From a virus, in IMG/VR virus record IMGVR_UViG_3300032285_000709, positions 1 to 64,000 of that record: a stretch of 64,000 nt of DNA. One strand, written 5' to 3'. Below, in pieces: positions 17,768 to 28,463 of this stretch (positions within the stretch are counted from its first letter, which is position 1; every line of letters begins with the position of its first letter). A program made the translations under genes and the position numbers. Below the pieces are notes generated by a model. The model saw nothing but the letters and a program-made list of their open reading frames with translations. It was not told the origin of the DNA and did not search any database.

Positions 17768-18123
17768 TGGAAGAAGTTGTTAGTATTTTAGTATATGCCT
17801 TTGTGGCATTGTTCTTCTATGCAATACTCAAAGGTGTTGTAAACTACATGCTTCATCAAGAAGTTAGGTCTCATCTTAAAGAAGTGTTGTCCGATATGGT
17901 GCATGAGGTAACAGTTGAGAAACACGGAACAATGCACTACTGGTTTGACTCTGAATCAAATATATTTTTAGGTCAAGGTACAACTGATTCTGAAATTATC
18001 GAGCATGTAAAAGCACGATTCCCTACACATATATTCATCATCCCTAACAAAGGTTTGTTAGCTCGTCCAGATTGGGTTTTCAAAACTGAAATTAATGACA
18101 TCATCAACGTTGACAGATCGTAA
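17767..18123 (+). CDS. hypothetical membrane-anchored protein
   Basis: N-terminal hydrophobic helix; GGAG RBS. Confidence 0.55.
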   Translation: MEEVVSILVYAFVALFFYAILKGVVNYMLHQEVRSHLKEVLSDMVHEVTVEKHGTMHYWFDSESNIFLGQGTTDSEIIEHVKARFPTHIFIIPNKGLLARPDWVFKTEINDIINVDRS

Positions 18124-18139
18124 AATAGAAAGTAAAATT

Positions 18140-18373
18140 ATGGCTAAGAAAAAACTTAAATTAGAATTCGCACCCGGATGCTTTGATCATTTCGACGGCA
18201 CACAAGAAGAATTAGACGAAATGGTTGCTGAAATCCAACGCATGTTCGAAAGTGGCGAAATGGAAAAATTAGCAAAGCCGATTGATCCAGATGAAATGAC
18301 TAAAGAAGAAATGTCTATATTGGCCAAAGCGTTTGAAAACGAAATCAACCCAGAGAAGAGAAAACTACAATGA
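18140..18373 (+). CDS. hypothetical protein
   Basis: MAKKKLKLEFAPGCFDHFDGTQEELD. Confidence 0.55.
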   Translation: MAKKKLKLEFAPGCFDHFDGTQEELDEMVAEIQRMFESGEMEKLAKPIDPDEMTKEEMSILAKAFENEINPEKRKLQ

Positions 18374-18801
18374 AAGCACAATTACCGGCAGAAGGTATAT
18401 TAAAGACTCATGATTGGGGAGACTCAAAAGTTTATAAAGTTACCTGCGATTGCGGTCAGCCCGATCACGAACACAATGTTTGGATCGAAGCAGACGAGTG
18501 CGGTGTTAACGTAAACATCTATACAACAGTTAAAACTGACTGTTGGAGTGAAGAATTAAAACCCAAATACGATATTGAGAACATTTGGTTACAAGAGTTT
18601 GAGTGGTTCTGGAAAGGACTATACAACAGTCTTGCCCGAAAACTAAAACTTACAAAATCCATTTGGAGCAAGGGCTATGTCGATTTTGAAACTACAATCA
18701 GCATGAATGAACAGGCCGCATTGAACTACGCAACAACTTTAAAGAACGCAATAGCAGATGTCAAAGAATTCAAAAAACCCAAAGGCGGCCAGCAGTCCTG
18801 A
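18370..18801 (+). CDS. hypothetical protein (CxC...H motif)
   Basis: ORF, coupled to neighbours. Confidence 0.55.
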   Translation: MKAQLPAEGILKTHDWGDSKVYKVTCDCGQPDHEHNVWIEADECGVNVNIYTTVKTDCWSEELKPKYDIENIWLQEFEWFWKGLYNSLARKLKLTKSIWSKGYVDFETTISMNEQAALNYATTLKNAIADVKEFKKPKGGQQS

Positions 18802-19333
18802 ACGCCATACCTTCCAAAAAGAAGGGTACGTTAAACGCAAACAGGAAGAAGGACTAGAACCACTCGAAGAATATATCGAGATGTTCAAAACTTGGAAACA
18901 GCAGGATGAAGCCAATCTTGTAGATCCGGAGTGGCAAAAAGACAACATGGAGTATGATCTCCGTAGTACCAAATGGATTTGCGATAAAGTCAAAGCCAGT
19001 GAAAACTATGCGCAGAATCTGTATGCGGCCATGTGCAATATGCAGTTTACCAAATTAGCAGTTATTCCAATTTTAAAAGAACAACGATGGAGTCGTAGTT
19101 GGCGTAGTGCTGGCGGTATTATTGCCGACATGCGTGAAGAAGGTGACTACATTGATTGGTATTGTAGTGGCATTCGCAACGACGAATTGGGCAACGGGTT
19201 GGATGGGACAAAGCCAATTTTGGACGAAGATGGGCGCGATTACGTTCCAGAAGGTACTGTTACTGAGGAAATTCGGGCAGATCTCCAAAAATTGGGCTGG
19301 TTTCCTGTGCCTTGGGACGATGACGACTCTTGA
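18758..19333 (+). CDS. hypothetical phage protein
   Basis: YAQNLYAAMCN, SWRSAGGIIAD, YIDWYCSG. Confidence 0.6.
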   Translation: MSKNSKNPKAASSPERHTFQKEGYVKRKQEEGLEPLEEYIEMFKTWKQQDEANLVDPEWQKDNMEYDLRSTKWICDKVKASENYAQNLYAAMCNMQFTKLAVIPILKEQRWSRSWRSAGGIIADMREEGDYIDWYCSGIRNDELGNGLDGTKPILDEDGRDYVPEGTVTEEIRADLQKLGWFPVPWDDDDS

Positions 19334-19358
19334 CAAAACCAAATAAAGACTGTATAAT
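19330..19358 (+). promoter_or_regulatory. sigma70-type promoter
   Basis: TTGACA-17-TATAAT. Confidence 0.8.
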
Positions 19359-19389
19359 ATATACATATTGAACACTAAGGAGTAGGCAA

Positions 19390-20592
19390 ATGGCAACAAA
19401 AGCACCAGCAAAAAAGACCCGTGTAACTAAAGCACAGGTTGTGGCACATCGTACAAACGCTAAAAAAGATCACAGCCCAACTTGGAATGATGTTGAAGGC
19501 TTAACTGGCGAACAGTTTGGCGCAAAGTATCGTGAAGCGATGAAGTGGTATCGTTTGGAAGGTTCAGCTAAGGACCTTAAGCCAAAAGTTATCGACTGGA
19601 TGGGTCGTGCTGGTATGAGCAAAACTGAAATTGCCGCTTTTAAGAAAACCAAAGACTGGCGTTGTAATTTGACCATGGGTGCCATTGCATCTTGCTTGAT
19701 CAAAGGTATGCCAGACAGTCATAAAGATTGGAACCAAGGCCGTAGTTTTTCCGAATACCTCAAGAAAAGTATTAAGGAAGTTGTTGAGTCTGGCAAAAAT
19801 GATATTGAAGAAGTAGAAGAAGTTAAGGCTATTAAAGCAGTGGCTCCTGTGGTTACTATCCAAGATCGTTTGAAAGATGCCGCAGGCGACATGAGCGAAG
19901 AAATTGACTACGCCATTGATAGCTGGATTACCGATCCAGATGCGTTTGATCCAAAAGCATTTAAGATGACAAACTTGTTGCGTGGCAAGGGTGCTAAAGC
20001 CGCACACGCTCGATTTATCAAATCTTACTTCAAGCGTGGACAAGATGAATTACTAGAGCTTGCCAGCGGTAATGCTGACGAACAGTTGCGTGAAGCCTAC
20101 AGCCATGTAGCTCGTAAGAATGTTAAGAAGCTGATCGAGTTCTACGAAAGCATCATGACCGCATGTGACCAAATCGCGGCAGAGGCTAAACTTAACAAGA
20201 AGCCCCGCGCTAAGAAGATCGTCCCTGCTGAGAAATTGGTTGCTAAACTTAAATTCAAAGCCAGTGACGACAAGCTGGGGCTTACGTCAGTGCCTCCTGC
20301 ACAGTTAGTTGGTGCTCAAGGTGCAGTAGTGTACAATGCCAAGACACGTAAGTTGGGCATCTATACTGCTAAGACGAGTGCCGGCCTTGCTATCAAAGGT
20401 ACAAGTATCTTAGAGTTTACTGTAAAGAGTACACAAAAGACTCTGCGTAAACCCGAAATTCAATTGCGTGAGTTTAAAGAGCAAAATACTAACAAGCGGA
20501 TTGAAACTTGGTTTGCTAAGATCAAGGCTACTGAGACTGTGATGAACGGACGCATGAACGAAGAGATCATGATCTTAAAGGTCTTTAAATGA
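19390..20592 (+). CDS. Lys-rich hypothetical protein of large phages
   Basis: 400 aa; AAGGAG RBS; C-terminal KTLRKPE...NGRMN. Confidence 0.7.
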   Translation: MATKAPAKKTRVTKAQVVAHRTNAKKDHSPTWNDVEGLTGEQFGAKYREAMKWYRLEGSAKDLKPKVIDWMGRAGMSKTEIAAFKKTKDWRCNLTMGAIASCLIKGMPDSHKDWNQGRSFSEYLKKSIKEVVESGKNDIEEVEEVKAIKAVAPVVTIQDRLKDAAGDMSEEIDYAIDSWITDPDAFDPKAFKMTNLLRGKGAKAAHARFIKSYFKRGQDELLELASGNADEQLREAYSHVARKNVKKLIEFYESIMTACDQIAAEAKLNKKPRAKKIVPAEKLVAKLKFKASDDKLGLTSVPPAQLVGAQGAVVYNAKTRKLGIYTAKTSAGLAIKGTSILEFTVKSTQKTLRKPEIQLREFKEQNTNKRIETWFAKIKATETVMNGRMNEEIMILKVFK

Positions 20593-20765
20593 AAGTAGGC
20601 GGCGTCAATCCAGCAATGGCTCATAAGGTCGAGTTACAGAAATTGGCACAGCAAGAAACTATCAAACAGCAACAGATCAAAGCTATTAAGGAACGACAAA
20701 AAGAATTAGAAAAAATTAGACCGCAAGATCTTGATAAAGGTAGCAACATTGACAAAATAGTTTAG
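20589..20765 (+). CDS. hypothetical protein, 58 aa
   Basis: Open frame MKVGGVNPAM...DKIV*. Confidence 0.45.
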   Translation: MKVGGVNPAMAHKVELQKLAQQETIKQQQIKAIKERQKELEKIRPQDLDKGSNIDKIV

Positions 20766-21023
20766 GAGTAATGTATGAATAGTGACGGAGCATTTTTTGG
20801 TACAATCTTAGCCATGATGGCACTACTGTTTGGACATCCTGTTGCGGCTGTGTTTATCTTTCTAATTGGCGTATTGTCTTGAAATCAACCGTTGATATTA
20901 TAGTTTGCATCTGTATGTTAGTAGCACTATATTTCAATCTAACTTCGATACCTAAACAAGACTATATCCATAACAATCCATGGAAACAAACAGTAACAAG
21001 TGGACCTTTGGAAAGAATTCAAA

Positions 21024-21491
21024 ATGAAACAAAGTAAAATCTATTACGAAAAAGTTGGACGCAGGTATGTGCCTGTTGCAGAATACAACGAAGAATGGTT
21101 GGATAGTTTTTTTAAAGGCACCCACATTGTAATGTGCTACCCAGGTGGTAGTAGCCGTAGATACAATATCGATCCTGCGTATGCTCCTATGATAGCCGCT
21201 GGCCGTGTTGCTGAAGATGCTATCTGTCGTGCTATCAGCAAGGCAAGTGAACTACGACCACAGCAAACTCCTATCACGCTTGGCCAGAAACGAGCATGGG
21301 AAAAGTTAGCCAAAGAGTTTGGTAATGAATTAGCTACCCTGCAGATCAACAGCGCCCGGGATATTGCAGAAGCCGGAGTTAAAGCAATGCAAGAGGAAGT
21401 TGATAAGTTATTGACTAACCCAACTGTACGTAAGGCTTATGATCATTTTTTATTATTATGTGAATTAACCAAAGAAAGAGAAACTGTATGA
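21024..21491 (+). CDS. hypothetical protein
   Basis: ORF MKQSKIYYEKVGRRY... Confidence 0.55.
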   Translation: MKQSKIYYEKVGRRYVPVAEYNEEWLDSFFKGTHIVMCYPGGSSRRYNIDPAYAPMIAAGRVAEDAICRAISKASELRPQQTPITLGQKRAWEKLAKEFGNELATLQINSARDIAEAGVKAMQEEVDKLLTNPTVRKAYDHFLLLCELTKERETV

Positions 21492-21576
21492 AATGGCTAT
21501 TACCTGTTGCCCTTGTTTGTTTTGGACATTTTTTCTGGGCCATGTTTTTTTCAATAGTTTTTATACTAACTGAATA

Positions 21577-21780
21577 ATGAAGAAAATTCTAATCAACTTT
21601 TTCTTTTTAATTGGAGTTGCAGGAATACTATTGTCTATGGTCGCTCTAATTGTGTTTGGTAATCAATTAGTTGACAAAAATACGCCTAGACTGTATAATT
21701 GTAGTATAGCAGAGATAAGTCCAGACTTTACTCATGCTATGCGTGAAGAATGTCGTAAACAAAGAAAGTTAACCACATGA
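21577..21780 (+). CDS. hypothetical membrane protein
   Basis: TM helix followed by CxxAEISPD. Confidence 0.5.
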   Translation: MKKILINFFFLIGVAGILLSMVALIVFGNQLVDKNTPRLYNCSIAEISPDFTHAMREECRKQRKLTT

Positions 21781-22031
21781 GCAAGGCAAAACATAAACCC
21801 TATCAATGGATAGATGGTGAAACTGCTGATCGTATCACCAGTATGAACCTAAAAGACTATCGTGCGTATCTTAAAAAAGAATTGAAGCAGTGGAAGAAAA
21901 ATCCAAAGAGCGAATCTAATCCTAACGGTTACTGGTTACATCCAGAAGACGTAGGCCTTAATATTCAAACTATTGCGGCATTGGATTTAATCATCAGTCA
22001 CTTTCCAGAAACATCGGATGAAATAAAATGA
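21777..22031 (+). CDS. hypothetical protein
   Basis: Coupled ORF. Confidence 0.55.
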   Translation: MSKAKHKPYQWIDGETADRITSMNLKDYRAYLKKELKQWKKNPKSESNPNGYWLHPEDVGLNIQTIAALDLIISHFPETSDEIK

Positions 22032-22384
22032 GCGGTTGGAACACTATTCAAAGAATTAAACGCATGGAAGTAGAGATTGATAAACTTGGCTTCAAGTTTA
22101 GACAACCTAAACATGGTGATTGGGATCAACAAGAACGCAGTATTAGTCTCGTGCCAAAAGATTCAGACTCACTACCCATCTACTGTAGAGATGCTGAACT
22201 GTATGTTGGTACTTTAGAAAACCTAGAAACATGGCTATACGGAGTCCGTTGGGCACGTGAATACGACATGATGTTGCGCCTCAGTGACGATAGCAAACGT
22301 GCCAAGGCAGAACAAAAAGAACGCAATAAAAACCTAATGCGTACTATCAAAGAAGGTAAACTTGTAACTGGAGATGTAGAATGA
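22028..22384 (+). CDS. hypothetical protein
   Basis: Coupled ORF. Confidence 0.55.
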   Translation: MSGWNTIQRIKRMEVEIDKLGFKFRQPKHGDWDQQERSISLVPKDSDSLPIYCRDAELYVGTLENLETWLYGVRWAREYDMMLRLSDDSKRAKAEQKERNKNLMRTIKEGKLVTGDVE

Positions 22385-22959
22385 TTACAATGAAAGAGTG
22401 GATGGAATTGGTCGACTATAAGATCACCGAGGGCAGTGATTATGGTTGGTCGTGTTACGGTCCAAATGCCTATTGCTTGGATAGCTGGAATGGTGTCCAC
22501 GGCAAAGGAGGATACAGTTTTAGTATTGTGTTCAGTACCAAGACACAAAAGGTCTACGAAGTCACTGTATGTGACTACACCAATGATCGTGCTTATCGTA
22601 TGATTGCGGAGAACAAGCGAGATAAGCACAGCAAGGAATCAATGGAACGTGGCGTCAATTTGAACGAGGCATGGGACGATGTTGACTATGTGGATTTGGA
22701 AATTGATGATGACTTTATCCAAAAATGTCTAGCTATCAAAGCCGGAGAGGATTACGATACAAATGTCAGTATTCCGTTGGACTTGCCAGATGACTTGCTG
22801 ATGTTTGCGTTCAAATGCGCACACGAAGAAAATATGACATTCAACGATTGGGTTAATAAAATGTTGCGCAGTTTTATTGACAAAGTAGAAGCAGGTGAGT
22901 ATACTAAAGAAGATGCGCAGAAGTGGTTAACTGAACAGAAAGAGGAACAAGATGTTTAA
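22381..22959 (+). CDS. hypothetical protein with possible C-terminal ribbon-helix-helix
   Basis: SIPLDLPDDL...AHEENMTFNDWV. Confidence 0.55.
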   Translation: MITMKEWMELVDYKITEGSDYGWSCYGPNAYCLDSWNGVHGKGGYSFSIVFSTKTQKVYEVTVCDYTNDRAYRMIAENKRDKHSKESMERGVNLNEAWDDVDYVDLEIDDDFIQKCLAIKAGEDYDTNVSIPLDLPDDLLMFAFKCAHEENMTFNDWVNKMLRSFIDKVEAGEYTKEDAQKWLTEQKEEQDV

Positions 22960-23269
22960 AGAAATTTCAGCAATCGTAGTTGGTTGGGCGGCCTTGATTA
23001 TATTGGCCATGTTTGGTAGCTTTTTTGCTTACCAGTACTTTGCTCCTAAGTATCGTCAGGTAGACAATGAAGTGTTCAAACAAAGTGAGCAGTATAATGA
23101 CGGTATGATCCGTGATTTGGAAAACTTGCAGATTGAATACATCAATGCCGATGCGGAGAAGAAACAAGCTCTTCGTGCTATTGTGTTACATCGTTTCTCG
23201 GTGTACCCAGAGGACAAGATGCCTCCCAACCTTCGTAACTTTTATAACAATTTGAAAGCAGGAAAATGA
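22952..23269 (+). CDS. hypothetical membrane protein
   Basis: N-terminal TM helix. Confidence 0.55.
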   Translation: MFKEISAIVVGWAALIILAMFGSFFAYQYFAPKYRQVDNEVFKQSEQYNDGMIRDLENLQIEYINADAEKKQALRAIVLHRFSVYPEDKMPPNLRNFYNNLKAGK

Positions 23270-23360
23270 AAGATGTAATATTGCCCGAATGGGCTGGCAA
23301 GGTAACTTACTTTGCTCTTGGATTTATGGTTTGTTTTACTCTCTTTGTTAAAGGTATCCT

Positions 23361-23843
23361 ATGAAACATATTCTAGCCCTTGTAGTTGTCGCAACTCTTT
23401 TGACAGCATGTGATGTTAAAGAAACATCTACACAGATTGAACGCCGTAAGCAAGAAGAACTCAGCTTGCAAGGTGTACAGTCAGTTGGTATGCCTAGCAT
23501 TGTAAACTTTGCCGAAAAGCGTATGATGAAAGACATCATTGAGTTGCGTGATCAAAATGTAGCCACTTATGTTTACATCACGGACATGAATGGTCGTTTG
23601 CATAAGGTATGTAATGCAGTCGGTTACGGCTTGCCTTATGCTACTCAGTACACTAACCCAATGCGTATTAGCGGTGATGGGCATGGCTATGTAACATTGC
23701 CACAAGCTGATCCAAACGGTTTGTACAGTCCAGCAAGTGCTGATGGTACCTGGGTCCTGTGTGTAGACACTAAGTCCGGTAAAGCTAAACCAGTTTATAT
23801 TGAACCACGTGTTATTGTAAGCCCGATTGCATTAGGCGAGTAA
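23361..23843 (+). CDS. putative lipoprotein
   Basis: Lipobox LTAC; GYGLPYATQYTNP, QADPNGLY. Confidence 0.65.
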   Translation: MKHILALVVVATLLTACDVKETSTQIERRKQEELSLQGVQSVGMPSIVNFAEKRMMKDIIELRDQNVATYVYITDMNGRLHKVCNAVGYGLPYATQYTNPMRISGDGHGYVTLPQADPNGLYSPASADGTWVLCVDTKSGKAKPVYIEPRVIVSPIALGE

Positions 23844-23957
23844 TATGAACGGAGATCATTGGGCACAGTTTATAGCCTGTTTGATTGCAATTGGCGGCAT
23901 GGCGTTTGCATTTGTAATGGGCTACCTGATTGGATACAATGATGCTAAGGACGGCAG

Positions 23958-24419
23958 ATGAAATTATTTGAGCGATCCGGCGGGTGTTGGTTGTTTTGGT
24001 GGAGTGCCGTTTACTTCACTATAGGAATGATAGATCTTTTTGTGCTCAAAACAGATTTGTTTCCATTGACACAGTTAGCATGGTTGTGTATAATAGCATT
24101 ACCATTAGTTTGTAATCCGCTGGCTCGCTGGCTTAACATGAAAGAAAATACAATGTTTGATTTGTTTAAGAAAAATAAAATGCCTGAAAATGTAGTTCCG
24201 TTTCCTGCACCGGCACCAAAATTGGTAGAGCCTCCTCCGGAACCAAAAAAGCCTGCCGTAACTTATTACACGCTAGGAATGACCAGTGAGGGTCGATTAG
24301 AGTTTAAGATGGGCTATAGTGCCATTACTATGAACTATGGTGGTCTTTGTAACTTAATGGATCAACTCGAAGTATACAAGAAACAACTCGCCGAATACGA
24401 AGATGTTGAAGAAGAATGA
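23958..24419 (+). CDS. hypothetical membrane protein
   Basis: Two TM helices and a Pro-rich linker. Confidence 0.5.
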   Translation: MKLFERSGGCWLFWWSAVYFTIGMIDLFVLKTDLFPLTQLAWLCIIALPLVCNPLARWLNMKENTMFDLFKKNKMPENVVPFPAPAPKLVEPPPEPKKPAVTYYTLGMTSEGRLEFKMGYSAITMNYGGLCNLMDQLEVYKKQLAEYEDVEEE

Positions 24420-24832
24420 AATTCTTTGAACCTCTGCGTGATGACCTAATGGTCCAGCAACAGATCTCTAATAGCTGGGAGCATATGGTTGGTGTCATCA
24501 TGCTTAACCAAACTGGTCGTAAGCCTGTTAAGATGACCTTGCCGGAATTCCTATATTGGTTTCCCACACCACAGGCATTGATAGCCGCTGACGAAGAATT
24601 TGTCAAAAGCATTATACAACCATTAGGCATGACTAATGTCCGCTACAAACGTCTAGTAGGTATGAGTTATGATTATTTGACTTGGGATGGCAATGATGCT
24701 ACAATGTTATATGGGATCGGAAAATACGGCAGTGATAGTTACGAAATATTTTTCAAACAGAACTATAGTGTAGTACCCACAGATAAAGAATTGAAACGTT
24801 ATTTAGAAGAGGAAGTTTATGAATCCGTTTAG
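24416..24832 (+). CDS. HhH-GPD DNA glycosylase, MBD4-like
   Basis: IMLNQT, PLG, LYGIGKYGSDSYEIF, PTDKEL. Confidence 0.8.
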   Translation: MKFFEPLRDDLMVQQQISNSWEHMVGVIMLNQTGRKPVKMTLPEFLYWFPTPQALIAADEEFVKSIIQPLGMTNVRYKRLVGMSYDYLTWDGNDATMLYGIGKYGSDSYEIFFKQNYSVVPTDKELKRYLEEEVYESV

Positions 24833-25181
24833 AGATCAAGAAAAGTTTATGAAGGCATGTGACCAAACTACCGGTGAGTGGAACGTTGAGCAATTCAATT
24901 TGTATGTTAATTTGATTGAAGAAGAATTTAATGACGAACTAAAAACAGCCATTAAAAATTGCGATAATGTTGAAATCTTAGACGCCCTTGTGGATATCCT
25001 AGTTGTTACCATTGGTGCCGCACACTCGATGGGTGCAGATATCGAAGGCGCATGGAAAGAAGTTATGCGAACTAACTTTGCTAAAATTGGCGAAGATGGC
25101 AAAGTCCGTAAACGTGAAGATGGCAAAGTATTGAAACCAGTGGGCTGGACTCCTCCAAATTTAAAACCTTTCGTAAAATAA
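24819..25181 (+). CDS. MazG-like/PRA-PH NTP pyrophosphohydrolase
   Basis: LIEEE, DALVDILVV, NFAK, REDGKVLKP. Confidence 0.85.
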   Translation: MNPFRDQEKFMKACDQTTGEWNVEQFNLYVNLIEEEFNDELKTAIKNCDNVEILDALVDILVVTIGAAHSMGADIEGAWKEVMRTNFAKIGEDGKVRKREDGKVLKPVGWTPPNLKPFVK

Positions 25182-25402
25182 TGTATAAAACAATTTACAC
25201 AGAAGTTGAAGTAGATGTCGACTTGTCAGAATTTGACACAGACGACCTGATTGAAGAATTGGAGTCGCGTGGTGCTGGTGCTACTGACTACGGTGATGGT
25301 AAAGAAGTACTAGAATCCATTTACCAGAAACGTAGACTGGGTCAAGACTACCAAACAGAATTAGAAGCATTAATCTATTTAGGATTAGGAAAAATTATAT
25401 GA
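25181..25402 (+). CDS. hypothetical protein
   Basis: Coupled ORF. Confidence 0.55.
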   Translation: MYKTIYTEVEVDVDLSEFDTDDLIEELESRGAGATDYGDGKEVLESIYQKRRLGQDYQTELEALIYLGLGKII

Positions 25403-25851
25403 AAAGAGAACTAGACGAATACCTGTGCAAGACCTATCCAAAGATGATGGTCAATCGAAGCAAACCTATGCAGGAAACTGCAATGTGTTGGGGCTTTGAA
25501 TGTGGGGATGGTTGGTTTGATATCCTTAGAGTCCTTATGGGCAATATCCAGCATCGCATTGATTGGAACAACAGTAATTTTGAAAAAGGTTATACACAGT
25601 ACAAACAGATCCCGCAAGTAACCCTAGATCAGGTCAAAGAAAAGTTTGGCACACTACGGTTTTACTACTCAGGTGGCGATGACTATATCAGCGGTATGGT
25701 AGCTATGGCAGAAAGCATGAGCGCCGTTACTTGCGAAACCTGCGGCAAGCCTGGCACACAAACCCGTGGTGGTTGGATTAAGACAGCATGTGTAGAGCAT
25801 GGTGGTCAAGATTACAGCACTCCAGAAGAGGAACTAGATGACGCTACCTGA
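25399..25851 (+). CDS. hypothetical phage protein with zinc-finger-like C-terminus
   Basis: GDGW, QVKEKFGTLRFY, CETCG...C..H. Confidence 0.65.
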   Translation: MKRELDEYLCKTYPKMMVNRSKPMQETAMCWGFECGDGWFDILRVLMGNIQHRIDWNNSNFEKGYTQYKQIPQVTLDQVKEKFGTLRFYYSGGDDYISGMVAMAESMSAVTCETCGKPGTQTRGGWIKTACVEHGGQDYSTPEEELDDAT

Positions 25852-26098
25852 TGAACGCTATCGTGCTGTGATGTGGGCAAAGAGCTTTTGCGAAGATCTA
25901 TTGGATTCTAAGAAAACCCCTAGGGTTCCAAAAGAGATTCGACGTAGAGCCTATGGTGTGTTGCGTCACTTTCCAGATGACTATTACCTAAGTATGCTTG
26001 CAGATGCTCGTCCGGATATTTTAGAACGTAAAGGGGAACCTTTTGATCCTCTTTACAAAATGGTTAAAGAGTACGACTTACAAAAGGAAAAGGATTAA
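25838..26098 (+). CDS. hypothetical phage protein
   Basis: MTLPDERYRA...PRVPK...LRHFP. Confidence 0.6.
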   Translation: MTLPDERYRAVMWAKSFCEDLLDSKKTPRVPKEIRRRAYGVLRHFPDDYYLSMLADARPDILERKGEPFDPLYKMVKEYDLQKEKD

Positions 26099-26497
26099 AT
26101 GTTAGATTGTTTAATTATGGGTGACAGTATTGCAGTAGGCACAGCCCAAGTGCGACAAGAATGTGTTTCATATTCTAAAGGCGGTATTAACAGTTACCAA
26201 TGGTTAAACGCTAACGTGGGTAAAAGTCCTTACGTTGCCAAAACTGTTATTATCAGTTTGGGATCAAATGATCACAAGTATGTTAAAACCTTAACAGAAT
26301 TACGTACTATTCGCGAGCTGACTAAGGCAGAACGAGTCTATTGGATTTTACCCGCTATTAAACCCGACATTCAAGAAATGGTTAAAAAAGTAGCGGCAGA
26401 GTGGGGCGATACAGTATTGCCAATGACTCGACTACAAAAAGATGGCGTCCACCCAAGTTGGGCAGGTTATAAAGAGTTAGCAGAAAATACAAAATAA
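26099..26497 (+). CDS. SGNH/GDSL hydrolase
   Basis: GDS, SLGSND, DGVHP. Confidence 0.8.
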   Translation: MLDCLIMGDSIAVGTAQVRQECVSYSKGGINSYQWLNANVGKSPYVAKTVIISLGSNDHKYVKTLTELRTIRELTKAERVYWILPAIKPDIQEMVKKVAAEWGDTVLPMTRLQKDGVHPSWAGYKELAENTK

Positions 26498-26505
26498 GGA
26501 AAACT

Positions 26506-27093
26506 ATGTTAGTACCAATGGTAATTGAAAAGTCCAGCAATGGCGAACGTGCTTATGACATTTACAGCAGACTTTTAAAAGAACGTATTGTGTTCTTAAA
26601 TGGTCCTGTACATGACGATTCAGCTAACTTGATCGTAGCACAGATGCTGTTTTTAGAGTCAGAAGACCCAGATAAAGACATTAATTTTTATATCAATAGC
26701 CCGGGCGGTGTTGTTACCGCAGGTATGAGCATTTATGATGTAATGCAGTTTGTTAAGTGTGATGTTGCTACTTATGTGATGGGGCAGGCTTGTTCAATGG
26801 GCAGTTTGTTGGCCAGTTCAGGGAGTGCCGGAAAACGCTATATGTTACCCCAGGCTCGTCATATGATTCATCAGCCTAGCGGTGGTGCAGGTGGGCAGGC
26901 CACTGACATGGAAATCCAAGTAAAAGAGATTCTAAAAATGAAGAAAACTCTCACAGAAATCTATGTTAAACACAACAGCAAAGGCAAAACTTACGAAGAA
27001 TTTGCACGTGATATGGAACGTGATTTCTTTATGAGCGCACAAGAAGCCTGCGATTATGGCCTCGTAGACACAGTTGTAAGCAAACACGAATAA
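26506..27093 (+). CDS. clpP: ATP-dependent Clp protease proteolytic subunit
   Basis: [34 protein letters not shown]. Confidence 0.97.
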   Translation: MLVPMVIEKSSNGERAYDIYSRLLKERIVFLNGPVHDDSANLIVAQMLFLESEDPDKDINFYINSPGGVVTAGMSIYDVMQFVKCDVATYVMGQACSMGSLLASSGSAGKRYMLPQARHMIHQPSGGAGGQATDMEIQVKEILKMKKTLTEIYVKHNSKGKTYEEFARDMERDFFMSAQEACDYGLVDTVVSKHE

Positions 27094-27161
27094 ACTACAA
27101 CGTATTCCGCTAAATAGTAGGTACAGCCCAAATAGGGCTTATCTACTACTGGAATACGCTA

Positions 27162-28067
27162 ATGTCAATAATCGATGTCTTAACCTTAGAAAACGGCAAA
27201 TTAGTCGCTCGTAGCGACCTGAATGTTTACGGACAACTAACTGTAAACAAACTAATTACACACGAATTAGTAGCTCATACCAAGTATGATGCACCATTCT
27301 TTGAGTTTTCAAAAAATAACGAAACAGGCACAAATGCAGGCCACGGGCTTACTTGGCCGCAAGCAGACTATGCCCGCCAGTTAATTTGGCGCGATGACCC
27401 AAGTCGTTTTTGGTTCACAGATAGCGTAGACCTAGCACCCGACCGTGCTTATCACATCGGTGGTTCTCCTATACTCAGCCAGCATACATTAGGTGGTAGT
27501 GTTACAGTATCTAATTTACAAACTGTGGGCGTATTAGAAAGTCTAACAGTTAGCGGTGACGTAAACTTTGGCGAAGAAGTATTTTTCAATGCAACTTCCG
27601 GAAGATTGAGTATTGGCACAGAAGCCGCAACAGGTGTTCTAACTGTTTACGATACAACTAACGATGTTGAATTAGTACTAACAGGTGGCACTAATAGTCG
27701 TGGACGCATCGGTACAGTTCAAACTAAAAATATTGATATCATTACAGATGATCAAGCTAGAATCAGCGTTGAGTACAATGGTGACGTTACAATCAGTAAT
27801 GAAACAGATCGCACAGTAACAACTCGCATCTATGGTCAAGTCGGTGTTAATGTTAAAAATCCACGTGAAGATTTTGAAGTAGCAGGAAACATTCGCTGGG
27901 CTAATAAATTATTTGCAACAGGCAACGGTGCGCCGACAAATGGTCAGTATATGAAGGGTGATGTGATTTGGAACGATGATCCAAAGAGCATGAGCTACAT
28001 TGGTTGGGTATGCACTCAATCAGGAAACCCTGGCGACTGGAAGCCGTTTGGTTTAATCGGCAGTTAA
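27162..28067 (+). CDS. putative virion/tail-associated protein
   Basis: Beta-rich; SNLQTVG repeat-like segment; C-terminal GWVC..G.PG.W; TAAATA upstream. Confidence 0.5.
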   Translation: MSIIDVLTLENGKLVARSDLNVYGQLTVNKLITHELVAHTKYDAPFFEFSKNNETGTNAGHGLTWPQADYARQLIWRDDPSRFWFTDSVDLAPDRAYHIGGSPILSQHTLGGSVTVSNLQTVGVLESLTVSGDVNFGEEVFFNATSGRLSIGTEAATGVLTVYDTTNDVELVLTGGTNSRGRIGTVQTKNIDIITDDQARISVEYNGDVTISNETDRTVTTRIYGQVGVNVKNPREDFEVAGNIRWANKLFATGNGAPTNGQYMKGDVIWNDDPKSMSYIGWVCTQSGNPGDWKPFGLIGS

Positions 28068-28148
28068 TTCATAGATAATCCAAGATAAGTAATTAGACAA
28101 GAGAAATCTTGTTTAGGCAACTATCTTTTGGCACATTAGGGGATTACT

Positions 28149-28463
28149 ATGAAAGACCAACTCAATAAAATTAACTGGCACATTAAACTTTGGCTCTGGT
28201 ACGGCAGACTTAGCCCGGTACTATTCTTAATCGGAGCATTTTCGCTCTATCAAATACTCAACACGGACATACCACTTATTTTCTACGCGGCTTGGACAAT
28301 TTTTGTCGCCACTGGAATCATCTGGTGGGCGTGGGTGATTAAAGTACTGTTGGATATGGTAAATTTATTCATTCAAGTAAGCGAACACGTTGAGTCAATA
28401 CAAAATACCATCAAAGAAGTAAAAGAGGATGTAAAATCTCTCGACACCTCTAGGAAAGATTAA
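28149..28463 (+). CDS. membrane protein (2 TM plus coiled coil)
   Basis: Hydropathy pattern. Confidence 0.55.
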   Translation: MKDQLNKINWHIKLWLWYGRLSPVLFLIGAFSLYQILNTDIPLIFYAAWTIFVATGIIWWAWVIKVLLDMVNLFIQVSEHVESIQNTIKEVKEDVKSLDTSRKD

